Part shown: piece after piece, positions 1-14,223 of the stretch | Numbering within the stretch: position 1 is the stretch's first letter | Layout of the letters: every line of letters begins with the position of its first letter | Assembly (NCBI GenBank): GCA_002633005.1 | Contig: NMRA01000125.1 | Coordinates: forward strand, 844,414 to 908,413 | Origin: Phoronis australis | Lineage: Eukaryota > Animalia > Phoronida | Direction: 5' to 3' | DNA length: 64,000 bases | Program-made: the position numbers and the translations under genes | The notes under the pieces: model-generated | The model's input: only the letters and a program-made list of their open reading frames with translations | The model's database searches: none | Told to the model about the DNA's origin: nothing

Positions 1-3000
1 CGATACTTTATTTTTCAAACCCAGCGCACATTTGTTTTATGCGGAGTCCTGTGAGAACTTAACTGTATACACCCATCCGCCCCGACATATAAGTTCATCT
101 TTTTATCTTCCAACAGCTAATACGTTGCATTAATAGCTAAACTAAACACGATTTCTGTCCTTCGAATATTGCCACATTGCATTACTTGAGAGAAGGCTCC
201 GCAAATTGGCTTAGAACAGCGGGTCACTATGTATGATGGCAAGAAGCAAAAAGTTTTTCGCGAAACGCGTATTTAGACGTTCAGCTGCTGAAAAACACAA
301 TTGGTGCATCACACGTATTGCCGTCACGATACATGTAGTTGCGTTGACGTGTACGTTTCCCACACTTGGTACAAAAAAATGCAACTGAACATGAAAGACG
401 GCGTATCGTGCTGGGTTCAGGTTCACGCACTCCAGGTTTTAGAAATGCTAAAATGTGCTATTGTTCTGCAAGACTTCTGCACCGTACCCAGTCGGACCAA
501 AATGATGTCACACTACACTGGAAAACACGTGTCCCGACAATATTAAAAAGTGGGGGTGGTAGATTATTTTTAGATCAGCGTCACGGCTGTAGTGAAAAGG
601 AGTGCTCTGACTTCGTCAGTTGAAGTTGTTTCGAGTTCTGGTCACTGATCATTAAAGAGTCGTCGTGGTATACATTGACACTTGTTTTTATCCGGTGAAT
701 TAAACCTACGTTGTTGATATCGGAAACGATATTTATTTCGTACTCTTAACTATGCCGGGTTAGTTCATGTGCACGGGGTCCGAGGGTCATTTGCTAGCAC
801 GGGTCGTTTTGTCCAAATATCTATGGACATTTCTCCTATTCCTCTGACGTACATGTAGGTGCAGCTGAATGAGTTGCTTTGGCATATCACCATCCTCACA
901 AATTTCCATTGTCTTATCCCAATACGAGAGAGATTTCCAACAATCCTGCATGCACGCATGTTAGGGGGCGCCGCAAAAGGTCGCCAAAATGTAAAAACTT
1001 AGCTCGGTGAAGATTCAAAGCTTTCAGAAATGGTCGCTATGGTTACATATCGGGTGCAGGGCTAGCGAGAGCGGTTCATTGCCATACACACAAAAAAAAC
1101 ATCCATGGGGAACTGAAGCCAATTCGACCGCAATAAGTAGAGTATCTCCGCGTCATACAAGCAAGCCTTCTCCGATGTAACTGTACATGTAAATGCACGT
1201 TTGATAATTTGAGCTGGAAGCTGTTTAAAAACTAACTATTCTTCAGTTAATGATTAAAGGGATTTTATCGATTTTAGGGACGAAAAGCTCATTTTGGGGG
1301 TTATTATTGAATAAGATAGAATTCCTGAAGTTATTAGATTTGACCAGCGCTATAAAACAACACTGGTTGTGTTTTTATGATTTTGTCGTATATTGTTGCC
1401 AATATCTGTGAGACGTTTTTTGAAATCGAAGCCTGTGACTGAACAAGTTAAACACGCTTACAATACTGTGCTATTTATCGCCGTATTGCTCTCGGCCCGC
1501 GCGAGCCCGAGCGTTCTGAAAGAGGGTTCCAGGATTGATTTCTATCTCAGAGAGACTAATTACAGAAAATCATTGTTGCCAATAACGCCACTTATTTAAT
1601 ATCGAATGAAATATTGACATTGGGAACTCAATAACTGGTTTGTAGTGATTCCCAGAAATCGGAAAAAAGATAAAAAACAAGAATGAGTTTGCAGCTGCTG
1701 CAATACAAAACAAGAATCGTTCATTGTCATGGTTTGACATGACCATGTTGTTCGTGAGAAAGATACATGTAGGTACAGTTAGGCGTAGGACTGGCGGAGC
1801 GGGGGATGATTAAGTTGGAGACGAAGTGTAACAAACTGGTTTTTTCACAGCACAGCTTCCGTGATTTTGTCAGTACATTCCTGGTAATGGAAACTGTCCA
1901 GCTACGTGCAGAAGTGCCCAAGAAGCAGTGGCAAATTTAGGGGGGGGGGGGGCAAGGGGCCATGCCCCCATTAAAATTCGTCCAGGTTCCATTCGGAAGT
2001 TCGGGGTTTCGGGGTACGAATGTTTCAAAATCCTGGCTAATATTCCGCCCTGACCCCCACCAACTCAAAACCCTGGATCCACCCTTCGAAAAAACTAGTT
2101 GAGGCTGGTCCGCCTCTCGGTGGACTTCAATGAAGCCAAAAAACGTACAGTTTTGAAAACAAAACACAAGTATACTGTTTTGCCTATTTTGAAAATACAA
2201 ATAACAACAAAATCACTAGTTGTCGAGCGTGCAGCTTTACACCAGGTCAGTGTGCATACTGTCCGTGCTAGTTTCTAATCTCAATGTAAGAACTATAGAC
2301 ATTATGTAATCAATAGACGAAAACTGGGATTTTCATTTTTGTTTGTTTTTTATACTGGAGGATAAAGGTCCATTTAATACCATATCGTATTTTCGTTTTA
2401 CCTCTCCAGTTTCGACCTATAACATTTAATCATCATGGGCGTAGTTTGTGTTACATAATATCTGGTTCTTGATTTTTGTGGAGATGATTCATTACGGGAA
2501 ATTTATTGAATTCAAGTTTAAAGGACTTCGTATGTCAGAAAGAGAGATTTTTCTGAGGGGATGCGTTCGCCCCCAAGCTGAAAAAATTAGGCCGGGTTCC
2601 CGACCCGTGTCCGCCCACGCCTACCATTCCACTCCTGAATACCAACCCTTAAGTATTGGCCAATAAAATCTCGACTACCACAATTTCATTTTCAATTTTA
2701 GATTGAATGTTCAAATTTCAACTGGAAACCTGCCCACGGATGGTCAGTTGCAATTCTTCAAACGTGTTAAGGATGATAACTCGCAACTGCATGGCTCTCG
2801 AACAATATATGTATCTGTGGACGCGTGTGGTCCTTAGTTTCCGCGCGTGCACCTGGTGCCCCAGAAAACTTAGAACTAATGTAAGTAATGAAAACAAACT
2901 AAGTGCTGAAGATAAAAATCTTTTTGATTACTGGAATTTATACCACCAAACCAAGTTTTAAATCGACAAAAGACCACACGCATCGCCGAAATGCGCCAGA

Positions 3001-3562
3001 AAGGATCCCCCATGTAGTTAATTGAGTTTGATCTTTTTTGTTTGCTTGATTGCGTTACACGACTCGTTTGACGTCACCGTTGAGGCCTTCACGGGACAGT
3101 CACCAGATGGCGTGACCCTTGGGCTCGAGTCGAGCCGCCGCCGGTGTTGGCTTACGAAGTAACTAATGCTGCATGAGACACCAAATTATTTAACTTGAAA
3201 TTTCACATCATCCAACACCTAAGCAAAAGTGTAACAGGCAAAGGTAGGATATCGATAAAATGGCCCGTGTACACTTTTTGTGTTAGTGAATGGTGTATAT
3301 TAGCATATTGGATCATTCGCCATCTTCAAATATATGATCGTTTAACCCATGAAAACAAACAGTTCGCGCTATGACGAAGAACTAGTTTACATTTATTTGT
3401 TATTTTGATTAACTTATTAAACTTAACTATTGACAGTCTCGGTAAAAATAATTGCGACGACACAGAAAACACTCTTACCTTCAGGTAAAAAATAAAACCA
3501 ATTGGATGTTTAAACAGTCAAATAGGTAACTGACAATGACCTGACCGCTTCCATCCAGCAAC

Positions 3563-3564
<2 letters not shown>

Positions 3565-3629
<65 letters not shown>

Positions 3630-3640
3630 TATATATATAT
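3565..3640. repeat. (AT)n microsatellite
   Basis: Directly visible; one interruption. Confidence 0.98.
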
Positions 3641-4029
3641 GCCATCAATGCATTAAATAAATAGAATTATCGAGAAAATCGCAACAAGTTAGTGGATTCC
3701 GGCTTTTGTTTTTACCAAAGAACGCCAGCTTCTATTAATAGTAGTGAACGTACTAAGTGAATCAACGTATCCGGAACGGATGCGCAGACTTGACCTCTTT
3801 ATAGTGAAGAGACAAATCTCAGTCATGGGTCAACCAATGTTCGTCCGCTCACAGTCAGTGAAAAGCAAAAACCCTAAAACGCCGGGTACCCAATCGACGT
3901 ATCGCCAATTCTTAGAACGGTCTACCGGCGATCACTTTGTTTACGGACTCCACCAAGCTAGAGGTTACCAACAAACTTAAGTTTGTCAGTCATTTTCACT
4001 AAGGAGGTCCTATCATGCTGCATGCGAAA

Positions 4030-4286
4030 CATGCGCGCACCGGGGGAGGGGGCTCAGGGCCCCCCCGCCCCAATTTGGCGACATAGACGAAAAGCTCCGC
4101 CTCAGAGAAATGAAAACTCCGAAATAAAGTAGAAAAGGAAAAAAGTCCACTAAAATGCAGGAACTATCAAAAGGCGATGAATGCAAAATCCATAGCTCTG
4201 AACGCACCCCGTGAATCTTGGTAAAAGGTCCACATTCTCAAAAATTCGAGCCCCCCACTCAATTTTTAAGGCTGGGTGCGCGCATG
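4030..4286. mobile_element. Dispersed MITE-like family A (catgcgcgcac...gtgcgcgcatg); other copies 21809-22048 (inverted) and 28917-29108
   Basis: Shared core aaaaggtcca(c/t)attctcaaaaattcgagccccc in all copies; inverted termini. Confidence 0.7.
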
Positions 4287-7200
4287 TGAAATGACGATCA
4301 TTTTTGCCACTACTGAATCAGGCAAAATGATAAATAATGCACTCCAATGCAGTACGTGTAGATCAGTTGCCGAACACAACTAGTTGAAAGAGATTGTTAG
4401 AGTAGATTGTTAGCCAAACTCGCCGAAACATCACAAAATTCCACGTTTGGTCATCTTTGCAAACTGAAGTTTGAAAGTTTTTGCCGACGGTAGACCTACT
4501 TTAATGTCTTGCTAATGGCAGCCCATTCTCAAAAACTTCTTTTGAACCTCTGATAAACCCCCAGTCCAGCAACTGTCTATCATTATTGACATGCTGTCTG
4601 ATGGATCTGAGTAGCAACGAGAAACCACGGAGGGCCATTGTTTAACTAATCTGACATTCGACATTTAGTGATGATCGGTGACTTATGTGAACGAGTACGC
4701 TGTTTCCGGTTGGAATGATACAAATCAACTGCCAAAGTATACATACTCAGGCGAACATGCCACAAAGATGAGACCCATGGTTGTTGTACTTTGTTCTTGA
4801 AAGCACGATCCAATAGGAATGATAACTACTGAACACTTGACAAGTAAATAGCTATACACTATTTTGTATCGTTTAATTCGTGGTTCAAAGAATTATAACA
4901 ACGATGTCGAGTAACTACCCACTGAAATAGTGTGGTAGAGCTAAATACCCTATTAGATTGGACGATGTGTCTTAACCACACAGCCTTGTCGCTCAATACA
5001 CAATCAGTTATAAGGCGTGAACAATATCCTGAAAAGATCACTGGTGGTATCCCGGGGAAGATTAGGCCTAATTGTTATTAAAAACGACAATCGGCACGCG
5101 TCTCAATTGTCCTGAAGCAGACGGTTTTCTGGACTATTTGCGGTTGCGGTCACACAAAATTGTAATGAATAGTTATCATGGTGTCGAATCGTTATGTAAG
5201 CGGAAGTCATTAGCTTTTTTGAGACGGTGAATCGGAAGCCATGGTAGTTCTTTGTAATTATTAAGTCATCACCTCGGGGGGACCACACATTCGTAGCCAC
5301 CGCAGGCGCCTCCAGCCCAACCCATTTTCGTCAGGTACGCTTGAATAGAGCATTGTCCGAAGAACGATCAGAGGTGTCTTCGAGAAAAAAAAACTAATAA
5401 ACAATGGTATCCCTCAATTGAGCACTCCCAAGACGTATGCATAGCACACGGTACCCAGATTTAAAAATTTAAAAATAAATTTCCGCAAGCCACACTCCAC
5501 GGCGAAATAAACATAAAACGCAAGGTACATGTAACACCTACTTAAAGGCATACCTGTATATTAACATATGGAACAGCTGATCGTTAAAATATAATATCAC
5601 CTGCAGGAGTAGATTCGCCTCCACAGACGATGAACCAAAAAGTTGCAAACGGTGGTCTACGTCTAAACCAGAGGGTACACGGCTATATTTTTGACGGGGA
5701 AGCACCTTAAAATTTAGGACACGGTACCCGTTTAGAGAATTTACTACGGAAGAAAGGGGATCCATTTGTAGGTTCCATAAAAAATCTTCCAAATTTTGTC
5801 AAGCAATTTGTTCATACCACCCTTTTGAAGCGGTCATTCCACAAACCTAACCCCTTTGATAGGGTTTAGTTGGACTTAACAAAACAGTACAAGAACAGTT
5901 GTACATGACGTCTTTGGAGCACCACTCTTAGGGCCGGCGAAAAACGATCGCCTCCGTCCACTGAGCTTTTGGACTCAAATATCGCATTGAAGCCAAGTAG
6001 CACTATTTGAACACACGGCAAGGGAAATCATTGGGAGAATTTCAAGAAGCGACTACCATAAATAACACTTGTCAAAGCTGTTGAATCTATTTGAGCAATA
6101 TTTGGTTTCTTAGCAAAGTCAGGTTACTTTGCAATTGAAATATTGCACAAGACGTCAAAGTTGTGTCAGCAAACGAAACTGGAATACTTGTGGCTAGTTT
6201 GACGTCATGTAGCGTTATGGTACATCAACAGCACTTAACACGAGGAAATTGCGAAAATTGCTTAGTGAGAGATTATGATGTAACCCAACGAGAAAATGTT
6301 CCTTTTTAGATTGTCAAGTCTCCATACAGAATTAATATAAATCGATTAAAACATTTGGTGAAATCGGTGACGTCACCTTGGGTACTTATAATTTTGCAAT
6401 GAATCGTTCTGAAGAGCGAGTATATGGTGCCAATAGGTAAGCATGAGAGTCGAAAGATGTCAAAAACCGTTGCAGTGGTGGATTCAGGGGACTAAAGGGG
6501 CCATGCCCACTCCTCCTAACATTCTTGAAGTCCACTTAAAATTGACATTTTTGATTCCGTTAATTTAGGAATTACACTGTTCTCGTTCAGTTTACACGTT
6601 AACATGTTCTTCAACATAAGTCAAATAAACGCTTTTGGCATGATGACTTCGCGTCCATATTTAGCTATTGACTCAACACCTTGATCAAAGTTATGCAAAT
6701 ATCCTAGGAAGGACCAAGCACGACTGTGGCCTAACTTAAAAGAATAACTTCTACCGGTATGGATTAGACAACATATTTGTAACGAGAAATAATAAGTTCT
6801 ACACTGTGACCAAGCAAGGTAGCAAAATCGTCATTCTAATCACGTGGTGCATGCCACGGCGGAATATGCAAAGATAAATAAAACTCATCTTTCGCAGAGT
6901 GTAACTGAAACAAATTCAAATGAACCACATGCTGTTGAAAAATCTGAATTATTCTGATGAAGTCGACTGTGCAAACATTTGAGAGCGAGATTATGTGAAA
7001 TCTCACCGTGACATAGGCCTACATGTACGTTCTTCCGAAGCAGCAGAAAAGCATACCAGAGCGCTACCTATTGCCAAATTCGGTGTAGCATATGTGTACT
7101 CGGTAGCAATGCGATCGGCACTAGGTTACTAAAGAACATATGCAAGAACATTGGCATTACGATGTGAATCACTAGCTTCACGGAATTCCTCGTCTTTACA

Positions 7201-7481
7201 CCTACAATTTGACATGTTGCTCAACAAGAGAACGAAAAATCTGTGTGGGATTGCAGCATTTATTTCCATGAGTAGCTCTCAAGAAACAACAATGGTAAGT
7301 CACATGTCACTCTTGCCCATTTGAAAGTCAACTGGTTTACAAGAAACACGATCAGGTCTCAGTCATAGCATCATTTTTTACAGCACAGTAATTTTCAAGG
7401 AACCCAAAGGCTTCATATTTCATTCAAGGGAAGAAATAAAAAATCCATCAAAAACTGCACCGGTCTTCATTGGGTAATCCA

Positions 7482-10400
7482 TTATTCGTAGTGAAGGCGT
7501 AGCTTACACTTAGATTTATAGCAAGGCCACCGACACACAGGACAACAATGATTGTCTCGTATGATCCATCCCATTATGCAATTCTCGTGAAAGTTGTGAC
7601 CACATGGCAAGCCACACAGCACATTCCCATGGCGATAACTATCCAAGCAAATCACACACTCTTCAGCTGGCAGCATTCCATCTGGTAAGGTGCCACCTAA
7701 GGATGATCGACGTCCATTGCTCAGTTGCTCAGCATTTGAAGCTGAACAACACTGGTTACATGCTCCTTTCATTTCTATATCCCTGTCTGTATTATTAGTG
7801 GCTTTGTTCTCACACATACATCTATAATCACTGTCCATTACGTACTCTATACAGTCCTTTTCAGTACCATTATTGTGACTGCCAGATGTCGCATTACAAT
7901 GCTGGCACACCAGCAATGAGCCAGCGTTATTACTACTACAAGAGGCCAACGTTCCAGTATCAGAGCCTTCTGAATCCGACCGCTTTCCATCTTCCTCACC
8001 AGATATCCCTGTATGTTCCGTATAAATCCATATAGGCAAATTTTTGACGTAGTCATTGGATATTATTGGCTGGAGCCACAAGTTAGGCACGGCCAGGCGT
8101 TCAATCAATAATTCCATCCCTTCTTCTAAGTCTTGAGCATGTGCGGGTCGGGTCAGCGAGTTCACCGGATGAAACAGGTAATTGGCCAAGTAACTATTGG
8201 CTGAAAATGACCACCAGTCGCTGCTGGTATTTGCAATGTCAGAGTCTGAACGAAACAGGCGACGACATAAGAAGTACCCGAGAAGTAAATACAACCCAAG
8301 AGAAGATGACACAAGTAATGGCTTGGAGAAATAAAATGTCACGTCTTGACGTGTATAGCCTGCCACATCCGTACAGCTAATAATCCGGATGAATTTGTGG
8401 GCATAGAACAAGAAGGAACTCATTTGGGGAATGTGAAACAGTCCGATAATTGGTAACCATAGCAGCATGAACAAGCAGTTGTATTTGATAAATCTCCAGA
8501 TCAGACCGGTTAAATTTTGTAGGAACCCACCACCATCTGTGATGAGACCCATAACACAAACGCAATTTGTTAAAAACATGCCGAGTTTAAAAAGATCATT
8601 TATATCAGGCGTCATTGTTCGCAAAAATAAATCAAAGCTAAAATAATTTAGAACTTCACCTCTTCGCTTTCCATATGGCACCGTGCGTTCTGGTGTTATA
8701 ATGATGTAGGAAGGTTTTATCACACTTTTCTGCAGGGACCTGAGCATTTTCTTTCCTTGATGAGTCCGGATATCCACCTTTCCAAATTTCACCCTCCCGG
8801 TGAATCGAACACTCAACACCGACAAAAACATGGGCGGTAACAGCAGTTTTGACAACAATATCACATGAATTGGCCAATTGAGGGCGCTTGCAGCACTTGT
8901 TTGGTTATTCTCATTAAATTTCATCCAATCCTCCACAAACTCTTGATGAGAACCAATTGCGTGTATCCTTGAGGCTAAGTGGAAGTTGACCCAGTCAAAT
9001 ACAGCCTGGTTACTCCTCAACCCTGAGTAGGTAAGTAACTTAACTTGGTCTTTGGTCTGCCAGTGGCCCTGGGGGATAGCCAGCATCAGCCGAGAGGAAT
9101 GCCAAGATTTCTTTGCACAAAATCTGCAAAACAAATTCAAGTCACAGTGTTTGTGTCCTAAAATTCAGCATGAAGCGAGTTCCTAACAGTGCTAAATGAA
9201 TCTCGTGTGTCTCATAAAAGTACAGTACGAATGTTCCTATGATGAGGTCAGCAGCAGCTGCACTGACTCCCAAGGTTGCAAGAGGCTGCTAGACCAGGAT
9301 AGAGTTTTGTTGACGCAAAACTCTCACTAAGGAAGCTAGTGTGATTGCATGCTTTAAGTGCAACACATGACGATATCTCACAGTCTTGCAAGTTCTTGCT
9401 TTTCTTGCACAGAAGTCTGGAAACAAGGTCTATGCAACACATGACTGACAATGTGGTCTGGCAACTGGTCCGAATCAAAATGAAAGAAACAAAACCAGTG
9501 ACGTCATTCGTTTTCTGACAGCATGAAAACAGTGTGCACTTTACACATAGTCTTAAATTACTGAGAAGAGGGTTTGTTTGTTTGTTTATTGCAGGAAGAC
9601 AAAACAGTAGAGGCGGAACATCAAACAACCAATATTCACATCCAAGATGTGTGAAACCGCAATGTGTGGCAATTCTTCACGTATCAGCACACAATGATAT
9701 GGCCGGCAAGTGAAATTCTATCTTGTCAAAACTTTTCACATACAAAATTCAAGACAATTTTAATCTATTTCTGACATGTTCGGTATTGCGTAGATGTCAC
9801 AAAACAACATTTGGTAAAGCTGCCACTACTTATAGGAATGGAAATCAGCCTTTGAAGACAGTTTTGGAAAAGTGCCCAAATAGGTATTAGTGTAAGCTCT
9901 GTCTTCATATCATGTTTTTACGAATTACCAGTGGGACATAAACCAGTGCAGCTGCAGGCTGCCAATCTTCCTATTTTACAGTCCTCATGGATTTTCTCAT
10001 GATCAGCCTCATTTTCTCCATTGTTCTTTCCTCATCCACTACTGTATGTTCAGTTCTTACTACATGTAACTCAAACCTCAGTGTTTTCATTTGAGTTACA
10101 TTTTTTTTCTCATGAATGGCGTTCTTTTCTCCCGAACAATTATTATTTCATGGGACTTCTATGATTTTGTGTAGACGTGGACGCTGCTTTATTCGTGAAC
10201 AAAACTGACATCAACTAAAATTTAGAAAGGTGTCACTTTAACAATACAGTGAATCGTTATTAAAAGTGTTTAAAATGAGTAGGAGAATGGCAACGCCAGA
10301 TTTCGCTCAATGGTATAATCACGAGTGTGGATTGAGTCCCACCTCAAAATGAATCTATATTATTAATGGCATCAATATAAGCCATCTGAAAGTAGCAATG

Positions 10401-12910
10401 AAAGTAGCAATGAAAGTAGAAATGACATGAGGCGTAAAACATTATGTGGAAGAACAGCGTTTTGACTAAATATGGAAACTGTGGTATGTTGAAGCAGCAA
10501 ATTTTAAACTTAAACTTTCCAACTTAGAGGTAGCGAATTTGCCTATTGAAGTACTTTATGAACTCAAAAGTGTATAATGTTATAGTATGTAATTACGAAT
10601 ATCCAGTCCCTGCATTAAAATCAAAAACAAAAACAAAATGTTTTCACCAAGTCATGGACCAGAACAAGTTTTCAAAGATAGCAATGCATGGGGGTTTAAT
10701 ATTCATGATTTGCCACACTGGCAATTGGAACAAGGTTTATTAAGTCTTCAGTAACCCGCACATTTACCTGTAGTCATTAGAGCAATCAAAAACACCAACA
10801 TGAATTCCAAAGGGTGCAAGTTTTTGCACCAGCTCCTTCCATTTGGAGTCCGACAGCACAGCACCACCTGGTGGATGTACAACATGAACTAGCCAAACGC
10901 TGTCCTTGTTGTCCTCGACCCGTTCATAGAAATGTGCTCCACATGTGAAGGTAGTTGGCTGTACCTGTGTAGCGTTTTCCACTTCACTGATTGAGTTAAG
11001 TTCACCTTCTGTTGTTTCACCTGAAATAATCCAGAGGAACGCAAATGCATCATAAGTCGATATTCTCTGTCTCCGTCACAACAATACTAGAACATCGTAT
11101 GATTTCTGCCAACATACATCAATCCATTAAGAAAAAAAATCTGTGACCTAAGAATGCTTATTAATGGTTGAAATCAAAAGCTGATCAACAGTCACCCCCC
11201 AGGGCTACATGCCCCATTAGAAGGGAGTGTGACACTGTCACTATAATACAGCAGTAAAAGTCACTAACAAGGGTCCTACATTTTGACAACCAGTTTTCTT
11301 CACTGAATATCAGGCATCAAGCTGGTTCTCAAAATCCAGAAACCATGTTTTTGCCAACATATGTTAATGACAGACACTCACCGTCACCATTGGCATTTTT
11401 AAATGGTCATTTAAAAATGAACCAACCATAAAGTAGTATGCCAGAAGTTATCAGACAAAATATCATTACCCTTTCAAGATCGATATATTATTGGCTGGGA
11501 AACGGAAATAAATACTATTTTTTTAACAGTCAACTTTCATAAAAGCCTGCATATAACTCCTTTCTCAATTCACAAATATCCTGCAGCAAAAATAGTTGAG
11601 CAATTCTCTTGTTATTTTGTTTCGTTTAATTTTGTGCCATGACATTAGTGGCATCATCTAACTTTGGGTATCAGCCATCTAGCATACTATAACGCACTTG
11701 ATGTCAACTTCCTCCTTCTTCAGACTGAAAATGATCTGAGCTTGTGTAGAATTAACAGCAAGTTCAAGGCTAAAGACCAGGTTACAAGTTGGTTTAACAA
11801 GGCTGGTACAAGTTGGTTTAACAAGGCTGGTACAAGTTGGTTTAACAAGGCTGGTACAAGTTGGTTTAACAAGGCTGGTACAAGTTGGTTTAACAAGGCT
11901 GGTACAAGTTGGTTTAACAAGGCTGGTCAGTAAGATTTAAGTGTAGCCTCAAGCAGTCATGAACCACCAATTTTTCCCAGGCTCTAACAGAGCAAACTGT
12001 CAAGGCCAGATATATAACATGACAAGAAGCCCAAGTCAACAATTATTATTTTTTTAGCAAAGCCGGGTTTATAGTGCATCCTTTAACTACTTTTGAAAAC
12101 GGTACTGTCTACTGAAGTGGTACTTAACATCTCTAAAGTGCAGATTGTGAACACTGAATCATGACTGGCATGTTCTTATCAAAGGTTGTAAAATCAAAGG
12201 TCATGAGTTCAAAAGCTGATTTAATACACCCCAAGTGTGACTCAACATTCACTAGCTAGGGATTAATGTACGAAGGTCCCACTTTTAACATCAGTGGGAG
12301 AAGAAAGCAGTATGGTGACATGTATGAGATAAGGATAATACGCACACATGCATTAACAACTCGGTTTAACTACAGTGTAGGTGGGGGATCAAAGAATGAT
12401 GGTCCCTCAGTCTAACATCAGAATAGACTTTGGCACTGTGGTGACATCTATGGGATTAAGGTAACATGATTAGATGCAGCATTCATAATGGGCAATTCCA
12501 TTTGCACAAGACAGCATCTGTGACAAGGAATTCTGGGTTATTTTGTGTGATTACTTTTGACATGTACTGTAACGAAATTTGTCAGTTGCACGTCACGACG
12601 AAAAATAATTGATCGTAATTCCACTGCAAAATTTCACATAAAGACGACAAAGTGCAGTATGAATCTAATCAAATAGACTGTTACCAGAATCATCAACTAG
12701 AGTCGACAGCTCCGATTTCTCCACAACTCCAGCATAGCTCACTCCCCTTTGATCCAGCAGTGACTTTAACTTCTTTACGCTCAAAGAGAACGGGTCAAGG
12801 AGTTGTTTCGACCAATAGCCATTCTCGTACCACGCCACAGTTTCCAAAAAGCGGGAGAGAAAGAACAAAACAACTCCGTATAAAATGAGTAAAACAAGCT
12901 TCAACCACAT
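7482..12910 (-). CDS. RNF103: E3 ubiquitin ligase RNF103; complement(join(7482..9123,10768..11020,12685..12910)), 706 aa
   Basis: N-terminus MWLKLVLLILY...LLDPFSLSVKKLKSLLDQRGVSY, then HFYERVEDNKDSVWLV, several TM segments, GMELLIERLAVPNLWLQP and a C-terminal RING-H2 (CVIC...CGHNFHENC...CPVC). GT-AG junctions with compatible phases: G|gt at 12685, ag|GT at 11020, AG|gt at 10768, ag|A at 9123; 2121 nt in total. Confidence 0.95.
11784..11927. repeat. Minisatellite, 6 perfect 24-bp units (ACAAGTTGGTTTAACAAGGCTGGT) in RNF103 intron 1
   Basis: Directly visible; 144 bp. Confidence 0.97.
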
Positions 12911-14223
12911 CCTATGTTAGAATAAACTCAAGAGGCGACCTCCATCAAACGCACAGGAATCCGCAGACTTTCTCGGCGACTTGAAAGTTCACTTCGGTTT
13001 CACAATAAGGCCACGTCAGCAGCTCACAAAATCAAGTTGCAAAGCTCAAGTGACAATTACACAATCGAAGAAGATGCAGAGTCTGCAATGACAAAACTGC
13101 TTTCACTGCTTTAAGTAATCCAGTGATGGAATCAACCGAACATTATCCATTAAAGGAATCGTGAGAAAATTCTGCGAACAGACGTCAGACATTTAAAAAT
13201 GGCGACGGTCATGTGACCATAACAAAGGGAGCATTCGTTTACCCAATTTGTTCATGCGAGGAGAACAGAATATGCAATACTATCTCAGATAATAATAATG
13301 AGAAAGTGGTGCCGAAATTTTGCGAAATAACGTCTGCAAAACAGAATTACCGACATGTTACTTACTGGCCTTCTACAGGCCCATTGCAGCAGGCACTGTG
13401 GATTATATCACTGCAAGGGGCCAACAGAGGCGATGGTCATTGCCTAGCCTCGACCACGCTGTTCGAGGATTCCAATAGTGTTTCAATGTTTTTTTTTGTT
13501 AGCTATGACAGTTTTCACTGAAACTGCTTTACTTTCATAGCATTCTTTTCTAATGCTTTGGTAAGCGAAACACCTCGCCGACATATGGTGTTCTGATGTT
13601 TCATCTTCCACCCATAATTTCGGGCAACAAGAGACCTGACTCGACCTCAGTGTTGTCGCGGCTATTTATATTAGCGTATCCTCAGATTCAATTGAAGATT
13701 CAAGAAGCTTTATTTAACGTCGTTCGGAGAACAGATTAACATTAGCCAGTTGGGCTATTACTACGACAGCTATTTGTATTAGCGTATGCTCAGGCCACTG
13801 TTCTGGGGGTGTATCTGATTATGACACAACATTACAATTTCTTTCATTTCACGCTGCAGGCCACGTACGTGCACATAACACTTTTCAATACAATTTCTAC
13901 TAGGTAAGAAGTATCCACAAACTCGTAGCCGCCAGCATGCCCTGAACGTTAGGTGTACTAAGTAAAAACATGACCTTGAAAGATACGTTATTCAACTTAT
14001 AAGACACGGACATGATCGAGGCATAGCAAACAGCGCGATGTATATCAATGCCCCGACACCCCCACGAGGCATAGTCGCTAATCACGCCATGTAAACACTA
14101 AAGCTGGTGATAACGAGACATGCAGGTCAAAGTGTCACAGTAATCATACGTTGAAATTCAGTTTTACCGGGTCGACTCGTAGGGTGCGTAACAGTTGAGA
14201 CGTGACTTGACATTTCCGGCGGT
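12911..14223. promoter_or_regulatory. Divergent promoter region RNF103/DyP
   Basis: 1.3 kb between divergent ATGs; YY1-like AAAATGGCG ~13196-13204; ETS-like TTCCGG ~14214 just before the DyP ATG. Confidence 0.5.
13418..13446. mobile_element. Solo TIR end of the same family as 60571-61523
   Basis: gggccaacagaggcgatggtcattgccta matches the right terminus ending at 61523. Confidence 0.7.

Noticed and set aside
5280-5345. LTKMGWAGG G-patch-like peptide on the minus strand
   Set aside because: Short, followed by tandem stops, no convincing splice sites.
9248-9628. 126-aa Cys-rich ORF in RNF103 intron 2
   Set aside because: RNF103 splices cleanly without it and it has no recognisable domain.
11664-11933. 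Repeat-protein ORFs or a CRISPR-like array
   Set aside because: Intronic minisatellite with no spacers, in a eukaryotic context.
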